A DNA stretch of 24,965 bases from a virus (IMGVR_UViG_3300027769_000122:1-24965), one strand, 5' to 3'. Positions 1-8,912 are shown, counted from the stretch's first letter. The notes: a model not told the origin generated them from the sequence alone. Translations and numbers: made by a program.

Positions 1-1
1 G

Positions 2-1156
2 ACTGGTAGCATCGAAACTTACAACGTTCTTGTATAGACCCGGTGTAACTTCCTTTACATATGCACCGACAAACTGGTCGTCTTTTGCATAACTTCGCTT
101 AAGCGGAGGAACAATGTTTTTGTGTGCTAGATAGTCACAGCAAATGGTCTCCCAGATGCGGGTGGCAAAGAAAACCGTATCGTAGGTAATCTTTGCCTCG
201 TATGCGATGGATACCGCCAAGTCAATCAGCTTGAGCTTATCGTCAAGCTGTTCAACCAGCAACGTATCTTGGACGTTATACTCTGCAAACTTTTGAAAAT
301 TTTGCGTATAAAATTCTCGCAACGAACCGTATTCGCTATAATCCAGTTTTTGAGCATCTAGTTCCACCTTTGCGATGAAGTTTAGAGCGTAGCTTTCTTG
401 ACTTGTGCCAGAAAACTTCTTATATAGATCCATGTAATCAAGGATCGTGTATCCGGGAAATTCGTATATTTTGTAGTTTTTGCCACCAATATCCGTTTCC
501 CGCATCTTCATCAAACCAAAAGGCAACCAACTCTGTATTTCTGATTCGTCAAAAAAAAGTTTAGCCCTACCAATTATATAGGGGATATCGAAAAGCTTGA
601 TATTCCAGCCAGTGATAATGTCTGCGTCTTCTTTTGAAAGTACTTCAAAAGTCTTCTTGATAAGTTCTTTTTCCGAACTTGTAAGTATTACTTTACAGTT
701 GGGAAGATCGACTGGCTTTGACGTAATTACATAGGTGACCCCCGAAATGCGTATTGTCATCAAATTAATACGCTCATTTGGGTTGTCCAAATCCGGGAAT
801 CCCCCCTCGGTTTCACATTCCAAGTCCAGATAAGCTATCTTGATCTCGGAAAGATTGTATTCCACCTCAGCCGGATAAGTCTCCATGAGGTATTGAGTAA
901 TGAAATCAGTGTTTCCATAAATGGGGCAATCCTCTAGTTCCCTATACTGGTCCAAAAACTGACGACAATCGTACAGCGTGTCAAACCGCATACGGTTGAC
1001 CTTTACGCCGTTTAGAGTACGGTATTTGGTTTCCTTGTCTGTCTTGATGAACAAAGATGGTTTAAAAGAAATGGTGTCCGTAAAACGTTCACCATTCTTG
1101 TAGCCCCTAACCAAAATTTTATTGCCCTTGAGGGCACACGCTGTGTAAAATTTCAT
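2..1156 (-). CDS. 43: Family-B DNA polymerase (T4 gp43-like), N-terminal and 3'-5' exonuclease part; runs off the left edge
   Basis: Missing from the ORF track because it has no stop in the window. My translation from ATG 1156 gives MKFYTACALKGNKILVRGYKNG..., ExoI YLDLECE, ExoII IITGWNIKLFDIPY, ILDYMDLYKKF..QESYALNFIA, ExoIII EYNVQD, FVGAYVKE and VVSFDATS (start of pol region II). The ATG overlaps the upstream TGA (ATGA). Confidence 0.97.
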   Translation of the reverse strand, partial: MKFYTACALKGNKILVRGYKNGERFTDTISFKPSLFIKTDKETKYRTLNGVKVNRMRFDTLYDCRQFLDQYRELEDCPIYGNTDFITQYLMETYPAEVEYNLSEIKIAYLDLECETEGGFPDLDNPNERINLMTIRISGVTYVITSKPVDLPNCKVILTSSEKELIKKTFEVLSKEDADIITGWNIKLFDIPYIIGRAKLFFDESEIQSWLPFGLMKMRETDIGGKNYKIYEFPGYTILDYMDLYKKFSGTSQESYALNFIAKVELDAQKLDYSEYGSLREFYTQNFQKFAEYNVQDTLLVEQLDDKLKLIDLAVSIAYEAKITYDTVFFATRIWETICCDYLAHKNIVPPLKRSYAKDDQFVGAYVKEVTPGLYKNVVSFDATS

Positions 1157-1485
1157 TTTGAGTTGTTGGCTTCTCTCGCTTCTCGGTCATTTATCAAACC
1201 AGCAAGCAGTACACTATAGTTAATCATATCCACAATGGCGTCGTAGACGCTTTCATTGGAAAGGGAAAGATCACCATTCTTCAAAAAAGTAGAAATTCTA
1301 GACATTTTATCAGTCATTCTGATAAGAACACCGAGTTCTGCCGTAGCAAAACCCAAATATTCAGCTCTTTTGAAGTTCATGAAGGGATCGGACCCAGAAG
1401 CATAGTCATTATTCTTCTTTTTCATGAGTTCTAATGCTTCTTCACAGGTATCTTTGTGTAATTTGAATAGTTCATCTCTGGTCAT
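1153..1485 (-). CDS. Nucleotide-modification-associated domain 1 (DUF1599-like), all-alpha NTP-pyrophosphatase-like protein
   Basis: Pattern KKNNDY...DPFMNF...GVLIRMTDKMSRI...NESVYDAIVDMINYSVL is typical of this phage family; translationally coupled to the DNA polymerase gene. Confidence 0.7.
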   Translation of the reverse strand: MTRDELFKLHKDTCEEALELMKKKNNDYASGSDPFMNFKRAEYLGFATAELGVLIRMTDKMSRISTFLKNGDLSLSNESVYDAIVDMINYSVLLAGLINDREAREANNSK

Positions 1486-1494
1486 AGTTTGCGT

Positions 1495-1522
1495 ATTTTA
1501 CACCAAACAATACACTAGTCAA
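1495..1522 (-). promoter_or_regulatory. Sigma70-like early promoter TTGACT-N16-TAAAAT for the Nmad1-gp43 unit
   Basis: Minus strand TTGACT agtgtattgtttggtg TAAAAT acgcaaact ATG; -10 ends 9 nt before the start codon; no Shine-Dalgarno visible. Confidence 0.6.
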
Positions 1523-1524
1523 GT

Positions 1525-1532
1525 TATAAATA
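1525..1532 (+). promoter_or_regulatory. T4-type late promoter TATAAATA
   Basis: Exact T4 gp55 consensus, followed by a GAGGA RBS and ATG 1552; back-to-back with the divergent early promoter. Confidence 0.8.
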
Positions 1533-1551
1533 TTAAGACACGAGGATTTAA

Positions 1552-2142
1552 ATGGATTACATAGATCTTTTTGAAAAAATTGGATATTCCGTAGCTGGTC
1601 TTTTAGGCTTGGGTTATGGAATTAAGAAGTTTTGGAAATCCAAAGAAAAGACCGACAATTTTATAGCAATCCACACAGAAATCCATGAACTCCTTACTGA
1701 ATTAAGATTATCAGGAAAATCGATGCGTGCAACAATTCTCCAGTTTCATAACGGAGAATATTTTATGGATGGAATATCCATGAGAAAATTTTCAATAACC
1801 CACGAATCTTCTCATAAAGGATATGCTTCTCAGGCCGCAAAATTTAAAAATGTTCTTTGCTCTCTGTTCATACCGCTTCTTAACAAAGTAATCGATGATA
1901 AAGCAGTAATATACCAAATTGAATCAATGCCTGACAGCTATGCAAAGCATTTTTTTGAAGATGAAAACATTTCCCACTATTCGTGCCTACCTCTTAAAAA
2001 TAAAAATATTACAGTAGGTTTTATTCTTTTACAGTGGCATTTTGATTTCCCACCTTCATTGGAAAACGAACATGCTGTAATGGAACATTTTAAGACTATA
2101 AAAGAATCTATTCAAATCCAACTTTCATATCAAAAGAATTGA
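1552..2142 (+). CDS. Membrane-anchored GAF-like domain protein (possible holin or lysis regulator)
   Basis: Short N-terminal hydrophobic segment, then IHELLTEL...RATILQFHNG...SHYSCLPL...VGFILLQW, a GAF-like alpha/beta pattern; late promoter and RBS upstream. Confidence 0.5.
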   Translation: MDYIDLFEKIGYSVAGLLGLGYGIKKFWKSKEKTDNFIAIHTEIHELLTELRLSGKSMRATILQFHNGEYFMDGISMRKFSITHESSHKGYASQAAKFKNVLCSLFIPLLNKVIDDKAVIYQIESMPDSYAKHFFEDENISHYSCLPLKNKNITVGFILLQWHFDFPPSLENEHAVMEHFKTIKESIQIQLSYQKN

Positions 2143-2149
2143 GGACAAT

Positions 2150-2584
2150 ATGCCTACAGAATTAATATCTTTATTGGGCGGTGGAGTTACGGGGTTTCTG
2201 TTCCGTTACTGGGCACAGAGAGCACAAGACCAAAAAGACATGTTCAAAATGGTCATTGAGGCCAACAAACAAACAACAGATAACCAAGATAAAGCAGCAC
2301 AACGAGTCCCACTTGATTTAGGCAAAGGAGTGAGACAATTAATAGTTCTTTCATGCCTTTTTGCAGTTGTTGCAGCACCATTTGTTCTTCCATTCTTTGG
2401 AATCTCCACCTTTGCTGAATTTACTCAAAAGCAACCCGAGAGTTTCTTTGGTTTGGTTCCGGAGACAACTCGTAAATATTTTGTAGAAATACCGGGATAT
2501 TTATTTGCTGAAGAAAACCGTCAGGTTCTTTTGGCCGTAGTAGGTTTCTACTTTGGCACAGCCGCAGGGGGAAATAAATCATGA
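2150..2584 (+). CDS. Small membrane protein, 3TM holin-like
   Basis: Three hydrophobic segments (LISLLGGGVTGFLF, LIVLSCLFAVVAAPFVLPFFGI, VLLAVVGFYFG), a coiled linker, C-terminal GFYFG motif; GAGGA RBS. Confidence 0.5.
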   Translation: MPTELISLLGGGVTGFLFRYWAQRAQDQKDMFKMVIEANKQTTDNQDKAAQRVPLDLGKGVRQLIVLSCLFAVVAAPFVLPFFGISTFAEFTQKQPESFFGLVPETTRKYFVEIPGYLFAEENRQVLLAVVGFYFGTAAGGNKS

Positions 2585-2820
2585 AATACCTTTTACCATT
2601 ACTATTTTTAGCTTCCTGCACAACACCACAAATTGTTTCTCCTTTGGACAAGGAAGGAAATCCTGTTCATAGTGTTTTGAAGGAGCCATTTTTTGGAACA
2701 CCAAGCCAAGCTTCCGAGTGGAGCTTTTGGTATGTGGTAATTTGTGCTATAACACTTTGGGCTGTATGGAGAGAGTTTAAATCCGTCAAATGGCCTACGA
2801 GTCAAAACAAAGATAAATAA
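2581..2820 (+). CDS. Lipoprotein with C-terminal transmembrane helix (unimolecular spanin-like architecture)
   Basis: MKYLLPLLFLAS-C lipobox, about 33-aa Pro-rich linker, TM WSFWYVVICAITLWAVW, basic tail; ATGA overlap with the previous gene. Confidence 0.55.
   Translation: MKYLLPLLFLASCTTPQIVSPLDKEGNPVHSVLKEPFFGTPSQASEWSFWYVVICAITLWAVWREFKSVKWPTSQNKDK
2813..2819 (+). promoter_or_regulatory. Late promoter gATAAATA
   Basis: Overlaps the stop of the lipoprotein gene; followed by a GAGGA RBS and ATG 2836. Confidence 0.6.
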
Positions 2821-2835
2821 GATACGAGGAAAATC

Positions 2836-5016
2836 ATGGGCGTAAAGAAACAAATGGATACATTTTTTGCCAGTTTGGGTGAGCAAACTGGATACCGTGG
2901 AAGATTGGTAAACACTCCTATGGGACCGTTCCGCTGGAACGATGCCATTGAATTGTGGGAAAACGTCAACAACGGTATGGTGATGAATAACATTTCTTTC
3001 ATGGATGAATTCGCCATGATGGATTACAGTGCTACCGATGGTGGTGCGGATATTCCTGCAAATAGAATTACTGTTTTGGAATTTGATTTTAGATCTGGTG
3101 TATTGCCTTCTGTATTTAATTTTTACAGAGACTCTATTGGTACTTTTGTAAACTCTCAAGGATATCTTGATTACAGCGAAGATAATTTAATAAGAAATAC
3201 TGTTTTTAGCGGCGCAACCGGAACCACGCCTCCTACAAACTGGGGTACAACTAATAACGGATCTAATACTTTCTCCTTAAATAATAAGGAACTTACTTTT
3301 ACAGCTGGTGTTTCTGCTGCTAGATTTATTATTCAAACATCACCCACCGTATCTGTAATTCCCGGTGTACCATATACACTGCAGTGTAAGGTTGTTGCAG
3401 TGAACTTAACAGTCGATTCTAAACGTTTAGGTGAAGTGATTGGATGGGCGAGCGGTCAACTTGCAGGTTCAGAAATTTATAGAGTAAATGGAATTCAACA
3501 AACAAGCACGTATACAGGTTGGACTGCTGGTGACCTCATATCTTTTACCTGCACACCAACGTCTACTACAAATGCAATAAGTCCAAGATTTGGGATGGGC
3601 GTTAGTGGTGTAGCTCCTGCTTTAAATAATTTCTTGACTATTAAAGAACCTCAACTTGAAGCTGGGGTAAGTGCTAGAAACTATATTGAAAATACAAATA
3701 CATATCCTTATTACGGACCAAGATTTACTTTTGATAGTGTAACCAAAGCACCTCTGGGGCTTCTTTTAGAAGGAAGAGGAGTAAATTTTGCTGCACAAAA
3801 TTACAGTCCAACATTAGCAGGATTTTCAACCTCCTTACAAACACGTACAGCTGCAGGAAATACAGCCGATCCATTTGGTGGGACTGCTGCAGTTGCTTTA
3901 TTTGCTCTCGGTACTGCTGGGGTAAAAACCTTGAGCATGAACATAGTTATGACTAACATTGCTACTTTAGCTGAGCAGGGTAGCAATTTCGGAGAATATC
4001 CGATAACTATTTCTGTGTATGCTCGTCCAAATAATTACAGCAAACTAGCAATAACAGATGCTAATAGTCAATGGGCTGGTGCAACTTTTGATTTAAATAC
4101 TGGAAGCTCCAGAGTTATTAGTGGACCATCTACAGGACCGTTTACGCCTGCTGGAAGTTTGCTTTTTGGAACAACTGCTTATACAGTTCCTCTGGTTGGT
4201 ACAAATGGAATTACTTGGTGGCGTTGTGTTTTGGCTCTACCAAAAGGAAATTCAGCAACCACAATGGCTCTTGGATTTGGTGGTTACACAAATGATTCTG
4301 CTATGTTTGGTTCTTTTGGAGTATCATATATAGGCACCGGAGTTACCGCAGATGGTGTATTTGTATTTGGTCCACAAATAGAATTGGGTTACGGTGCTTC
4401 TTCTCTCATACCAACCGGATTAACTGGAGTAAATCCTGCTATCTCTGGAAGAGGTATTACAAGAGAAAGCGATGCGGCTCAGATAAGAAACATAGATGGA
4501 TACAATATAAGCAGAACAGAAAACAGCTTGTATTTAGAAGGAAGAGTAAACAAGACAACAAGCGATAATGATGCTTTCACGACAGTTTGGGGTCTATACT
4601 CCGACCAAAGCTCTTTCTTGGCATTCGATATTCTAACCTATCCACTAAGAACACAATTTAGTTCAAGAGTACAAGGAGTAACTTTGGGACTGGGTGGTGC
4701 ATCTGAATCGGGCACAAGTATTGTTAGAAATTTACTAAATTCTCCAATAAAAGTAGCAGGAACCATGACTCTAGGTAGTGGAAATCAACTAACATTTACT
4801 GCCATAAACGGATTCTCTGCTGCAAGAAACTATACACCGCTTGGTCAAACCATGTTTATACCAAGCCGGTTTGTTTTAGGTCATCCAGTAGGAGTATCTT
4901 CATCACTTCCATACTCACCACCAATTAATAGAGATAATTTAAGTATGTCTATAGCAAAAATTGGATACTACAATTACGCTCTAGGAAATACAGCTGCTAC
5001 AAATCTTACACTTTAA
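2836..5016 (+). CDS. Virion fibre/spike protein with carbohydrate-binding and lectin-like domains
   Basis: Motifs FNFYRDSIGTFVNSQG, PRFTFDSVTKAPLGLLLEG..N, two PQ(L/I)ExG..A...I motifs and ITRESD are characteristic of phage head-spike/tail-fibre lectin proteins; Gly/Thr/Ser-rich. Confidence 0.65.
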   Translation: MGVKKQMDTFFASLGEQTGYRGRLVNTPMGPFRWNDAIELWENVNNGMVMNNISFMDEFAMMDYSATDGGADIPANRITVLEFDFRSGVLPSVFNFYRDSIGTFVNSQGYLDYSEDNLIRNTVFSGATGTTPPTNWGTTNNGSNTFSLNNKELTFTAGVSAARFIIQTSPTVSVIPGVPYTLQCKVVAVNLTVDSKRLGEVIGWASGQLAGSEIYRVNGIQQTSTYTGWTAGDLISFTCTPTSTTNAISPRFGMGVSGVAPALNNFLTIKEPQLEAGVSARNYIENTNTYPYYGPRFTFDSVTKAPLGLLLEGRGVNFAAQNYSPTLAGFSTSLQTRTAAGNTADPFGGTAAVALFALGTAGVKTLSMNIVMTNIATLAEQGSNFGEYPITISVYARPNNYSKLAITDANSQWAGATFDLNTGSSRVISGPSTGPFTPAGSLLFGTTAYTVPLVGTNGITWWRCVLALPKGNSATTMALGFGGYTNDSAMFGSFGVSYIGTGVTADGVFVFGPQIELGYGASSLIPTGLTGVNPAISGRGITRESDAAQIRNIDGYNISRTENSLYLEGRVNKTTSDNDAFTTVWGLYSDQSSFLAFDILTYPLRTQFSSRVQGVTLGLGGASESGTSIVRNLLNSPIKVAGTMTLGSGNQLTFTAINGFSAARNYTPLGQTMFIPSRFVLGHPVGVSSSLPYSPPINRDNLSMSIAKIGYYNYALGNTAATNLTL

Positions 5017-5534
5017 TTAACGCCAGTCGATCCAAATCCGCCAACCCGGTCTGTCTTCAGGCCGGGTTGGTTGTATATTTCACCAAAATTTACTTGCTCA
5101 TACTTTACAACTTCACCTTGGGCGATTCTATCTCTGTTGTAAATTTTAATAGGCTCTTGTGCGTTTGTGTTGATCATAATTAACTTTGTTTCATACGTAT
5201 AATCTTCATCTACAACGCCCTCGCAGTTTGCCAATGTAAGACCATACTTTAAGGCCATACCTGATCTTGGGTGAAGCCTAATTGAATATCCACTAGGAAC
5301 ATCAAAAGTCAACCCAGTGCGAACCAATGCACGCTCTCCGGGCATAAGAAGAATATAATAATCTTCCTTGTCGTGATCGTACTGTGGTTCGATCTCGCTA
5401 GTCTCTTTTCCTTCCCACACCTTTACTTTTTCATCTTTTGGGATGTAGGCCGCAAGATCAAAACAAGCAGCCATCTTGGTTTGGTAGTTGGGGTCTACAA
5501 TTCTTGGATCAACTTTATAATAGTTTAAGTACAT
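5013..5534 (-). CDS. dut: Trimeric dUTP pyrophosphatase
   Basis: All five motifs present: AACFDL, PRSG, GVVDEDY, DRIAQ, RVGGFGSTG. Confidence 0.95.
   Translation of the reverse strand: MYLNYYKVDPRIVDPNYQTKMAACFDLAAYIPKDEKVKVWEGKETSEIEPQYDHDKEDYYILLMPGERALVRTGLTFDVPSGYSIRLHPRSGMALKYGLTLANCEGVVDEDYTYETKLIMINTNAQEPIKIYNRDRIAQGEVVKYEQVNFGEIYNQPGLKTDRVGGFGSTGVN
5040..5080 (+). terminator. Probable intrinsic terminator of the plus-strand cassette, embedded antisense in dut
   Basis: CCAACCCGG-T-CTG-tctt-CAG-G-CCGGGTTGG (13-bp stem with one U.G) followed by TTGTATATTT, starting about 25 nt after the stop at 5016. Confidence 0.6.
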
Positions 5535-5540
5535 AATATC

Positions 5541-5568
5541 AATATATCACACTGTTATTGTGTGTCAA
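5541..5568 (-). promoter_or_regulatory. Sigma70-like promoter TTGACA-N16-TATATT (TGn-extended -10) for dut
   Basis: Minus strand TTGACA cacaataacagtgTGa TATATT gatatt ATG; perfect -35; ATG 6 nt after the -10; no SD. Confidence 0.65.
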
Positions 5569-5834
5569 CAATCTGAGCAGTCAAAAGAAAATTCAGATTG
5601 TGTTTTTATCCAAGCATAGACATCACTTATAGACAAATTATCAGGAAATTCAGACTCTGGAATGATAAAATTAAAAACTTTAATTGGTTTAGATAAACTT
5701 AATCTTGCTTCTTCTGAAGCATAACCAGATAATTCTACAGTGCGTGTATTGTTCAATAAAAACTTTATTTCAGTAATTTTCCAATACTGAGCAACTGTTC
5801 CATATTCGGTAGAATAAAGTTTTGAAAGCGCCAT
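5565..5834 (-). CDS. Small hypothetical protein, possible fibre-associated chaperone
   Basis: 89 aa; YWKI...GYASEEAR...YAWIK pattern recalled from small genes that follow phage fibre genes; TAATG coupling to the upstream gene. Confidence 0.5.
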   Translation of the reverse strand: MALSKLYSTEYGTVAQYWKITEIKFLLNNTRTVELSGYASEEARLSLSKPIKVFNFIIPESEFPDNLSISDVYAWIKTQSEFSFDCSDC

Positions 5835-7357
5835 TATTCAAAGTATCCGTTTACAGCAAGACTTGAATGGAAAGTCAATGTTGTTGTAGCACTAACACTG
5901 AATGGTCTCATTACAAACAAGAAAGCTGTACCAGCTGGAATAACCAAGGGACTGTTGAATGTTACTTCAAATCCGGGTTTTACGGTTCCTACTGCATCGG
6001 TCGTCAAGAAACCGTGACCACCTACAACAATACCGCGTGGAGCTACCGTGTTAGCACCATCTGTCGTGCTTGTGGCAACAGCACCAGCGTTGTTATAACC
6101 TCCAGCAGTAACTATAAAAGACACAAATGCTGGGTTGGTGGTAGGCGCTGCTGTCATAAATGCTTCACCCACACGCAATCCAGTAATGTACAAAGTTTTA
6201 CCGGGCAAGGTGGGGGTACCAGCTGGATTTACAAAGTTAAAAATTGGATAATCTGTATCAGTTGCCGTGTTTGCAGCTATTGTAAATAGCCCACCCAAAC
6301 TGTTTAAGCTTGGTGCCGACGTTGCCGTGTAAGTACCTGCGGCTCTTGTGGTACCGGATGTGGGCCATCCCTGTGCTCCAGCAGCTGCTCTTGTAACTGT
6401 AGGACCGCTTGCAGATCCTTGCTGAGTTTGATATGATCCCTGACCGGAACCGCACATTGCATGTGACCATGGTTTTGATGAGTTTTGGTCACCTTGGCCG
6501 ACATTTATGAAACCTACGCCAAATTGTCTACCAGCAGATGCAATACCAAAATTCACTACGCGAACACCAACAGGTATATTTGAAGATGCTGTTGGGAACT
6601 GAAGCGAACCGGGGACATCTATGCTTGCGACCAAAACATCGTTAATCCAAAATCTTACAACGTCGTTGTGGAATACAATTAGATAATGGTTTACCTCAGT
6701 AGGGTCATACGATCCAACGCCGTCTCTTGACGGTATATTTGCTGTAACGATGTCAACTGTAGTTTCTACTGCGTTGTTGTTTACAACTGCACGCAATACA
6801 CCACCAGAAAGTCTTCTAAAAAATATTCCGTCAATGTTACCTGCTGTTGGAGTTTGAACAGCTGCTTGAGCAGCAGAAGCAAAATAAAGAAATCCCCATT
6901 CACTTTGCGCATTTGTTGCAGCATAGTTTGCTTCTCTTCCCCATATATCACAGTATGTTGGATATGTTCCAAACGTAGGGAATGATCTATAAGTACGAAC
7001 ATATGCAGCCTGACCTGATGTAGTGGAGGTAGTGCTGTTTACAGTCAAAAAGCCGTTTGCCTGAGCAACGGCCATTGTTGTGTTTTGTTGCAACAAGTGA
7101 CCTTGGGGTATGTTTGTACCTTCAAAAGACAGATTAAATAATGTCTGGTCCAGACCAACACGCAAACGATAGTCATCTGAAACTTCTGCGGGCAAAGTTG
7201 TTCTTTCGCCCAAAACAGTTCCATCATCTACCTCTGAGCTAATATTGACAAATCCAGCAATTGAAGCATCTGTAGGTGTATTTACATTTAAGTCATAATT
7301 GCTGCTTACGTTAGCCAATCCTGTCGAATTATTACCAGTTCTTATTTGAACGCCCAT
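5834..7357 (-). CDS. Virion structural protein, ConA/LamG-like beta-sandwich (paralogue B, 507 aa)
   Basis: Beta-rich; NHYLIVFHNDVVRFWINDVLVAS resembles LamG/GH16 strands; colinear with 7389..8912; late promoter and AAGGAG RBS upstream. Confidence 0.6.
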   Translation of the reverse strand: MGVQIRTGNNSTGLANVSSNYDLNVNTPTDASIAGFVNISSEVDDGTVLGERTTLPAEVSDDYRLRVGLDQTLFNLSFEGTNIPQGHLLQQNTTMAVAQANGFLTVNSTTSTTSGQAAYVRTYRSFPTFGTYPTYCDIWGREANYAATNAQSEWGFLYFASAAQAAVQTPTAGNIDGIFFRRLSGGVLRAVVNNNAVETTVDIVTANIPSRDGVGSYDPTEVNHYLIVFHNDVVRFWINDVLVASIDVPGSLQFPTASSNIPVGVRVVNFGIASAGRQFGVGFINVGQGDQNSSKPWSHAMCGSGQGSYQTQQGSASGPTVTRAAAGAQGWPTSGTTRAAGTYTATSAPSLNSLGGLFTIAANTATDTDYPIFNFVNPAGTPTLPGKTLYITGLRVGEAFMTAAPTTNPAFVSFIVTAGGYNNAGAVATSTTDGANTVAPRGIVVGGHGFLTTDAVGTVKPGFEVTFNSPLVIPAGTAFLFVMRPFSVSATTTLTFHSSLAVNGYFE

Positions 7358-7385
7358 TTTAAAAGATCTCCTTATCGATCTATAC

Positions 7386-7392
7386 TATTTAT
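7386..7392 (-). promoter_or_regulatory. Late promoter aATAAATA
   Basis: Built around the TAA of the upstream gene (GAA TAA ATA G); AAGGAG RBS downstream. Confidence 0.6.
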
Positions 7393-8912
7393 TCAAAATA
7401 TCCATTCACCGATACCCTACCTTGGACGGTCAGGGTGTTTGAAGTTACAACTCCAGCAGGTCTTATAATAAACTGGAAAAAGCAGTTAGGAGGAATAACC
7501 AAAGGACTATTCAATTTTATAGAAAATCCGGGCTGTACTGTTCCCGGTGTCGCACCTGCAGTAAACCCATGTCCACCGATCATGATGGGTCTATTTGCAA
7601 AAGCAGTAGCACTATCTGCTGTTGATGTGTTGATGGTTGAACCAACTGCTGCTATAAAAGAGAGAAAAATTGCATTTGTGCTTGCTGCTGTTACTGCAAA
7701 ACTGTCGCCTACATTAATTCCAGTAATATATAAACTTTTTCCGGTTATTCTTTGATTTGGCGGATAATTTTGCCATGAAAATACTGGATAATCCGCGTCG
7801 GAAGTTAAAGAAGAAATTAATGGCGTCAACCAAAAACCACCCAATGATGGTTTAGCTGGTCCGGAAGTTGTAACCCAAGCTCCAGATGTAAGACCTGTAC
7901 CTGAATCTGGCCAACCAGCAGTACTACCTGTACCTCTTGTTACCGTAGATCTTGAAAAAGTAACTCCAGATTGGTTTTGATATGAACCATTACCAGCACC
8001 AGCCATTGCACCTTCATATGATCTATTTGAATTTTGATCACCCATTGCTACGTTAACAAATCCAAGATACATCTGTCTCGTTGGTGTCGAAGATGTTTCC
8101 GTATTCAGAACTCGGAATCCTACTGGTAAATTTGATGAAGCTGATGGAGTTACGAAAGTTGAACCACTCAAATTTATTTGAGACACCAATCTTTCATTTA
8201 CCCAATATCTTACTCCATCATTATGGTACGAAACCACATAATGGTTGTAATCTTGTGGGCTATATGTAGTTCCGGTCTTTGAAACTAAAATTGATGTTGT
8301 TATTCCCTGAGACAGTTCCAAAGAATTATTATTCAATACTGCAAATAAACTTCCACCAGAAATTCTTCTGAAATATGCACCGTCAAATGATGTTCCACTG
8401 GTTGGGTTGGAAATTATTTCTGAACCAGATGGAACATCAAAAAATCCCCATTCACTCTGAGCATTTGTTGCAGTAAAACCAGTTTCTCTCAGCCACACAT
8501 CCATATATGTTGGATAAGTACCGTATACTGGAAAATGTCGGTATGTTCTGGTATATGAAACACCACCCGAAACACCAGTCGCTCCACTATTCAACAAAAA
8601 ATAGCCAGCGGTTTGTCCGTTTGTCATACCGTTGAAAGTATTCTGTTCTAAATGTGAGAATGGTTGAGCTATTCCCTCAAACGACAGATTAAATATGCTT
8701 TGATCAATTCCTGTTCTTAAACGATAATCATCACTTACATCCAGAGGAAAATCAATACGATTTCCCGTTGCAAGACCATAGTCAAGCAGTCCACCTAAAT
8801 TTAAAAAACCAGAACCATCTGTAGTATTGGGAGTTACTACATTTAGTCCATATGAAGCACCAACGTTTGCTAAACCGGGAGTATTGTTTCCACTCTTAAT
8901 ATTAATAGCCAT
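7389..8912 (-). CDS. Virion structural protein, ConA/LamG-like beta-sandwich (paralogue A, 507 aa)
   Basis: Shares DDYRLR, FNLSFEG, GTYPTY, ATNAQSEWGF, GDQNS, LYITG, NSPLVIP and VNGYFE with 5834..7357; GAGGA RBS. Confidence 0.6.
   Translation of the reverse strand: MAINIKSGNNTPGLANVGASYGLNVVTPNTTDGSGFLNLGGLLDYGLATGNRIDFPLDVSDDYRLRTGIDQSIFNLSFEGIAQPFSHLEQNTFNGMTNGQTAGYFLLNSGATGVSGGVSYTRTYRHFPVYGTYPTYMDVWLRETGFTATNAQSEWGFFDVPSGSEIISNPTSGTSFDGAYFRRISGGSLFAVLNNNSLELSQGITTSILVSKTGTTYSPQDYNHYVVSYHNDGVRYWVNERLVSQINLSGSTFVTPSASSNLPVGFRVLNTETSSTPTRQMYLGFVNVAMGDQNSNRSYEGAMAGAGNGSYQNQSGVTFSRSTVTRGTGSTAGWPDSGTGLTSGAWVTTSGPAKPSLGGFWLTPLISSLTSDADYPVFSWQNYPPNQRITGKSLYITGINVGDSFAVTAASTNAIFLSFIAAVGSTINTSTADSATAFANRPIMIGGHGFTAGATPGTVQPGFSIKLNSPLVIPPNCFFQFIIRPAGVVTSNTLTVQGRVSVNGYFE

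Noticed and set aside
2206-3159. Minus-strand ORFs 2206..2409, 2421..2651, 2608..3159 and 2802..3017
   Set aside because: They overlap well-supported plus-strand genes that have an RBS and late promoters, and their translations lack recognisable motifs.
7366-7381. Small stem AGATC/GATCT around the AAGGA RBS of the 5834..7357 gene
   Set aside because: Only 5 bp and the SD lies mostly in the loop; too weak to call regulatory.
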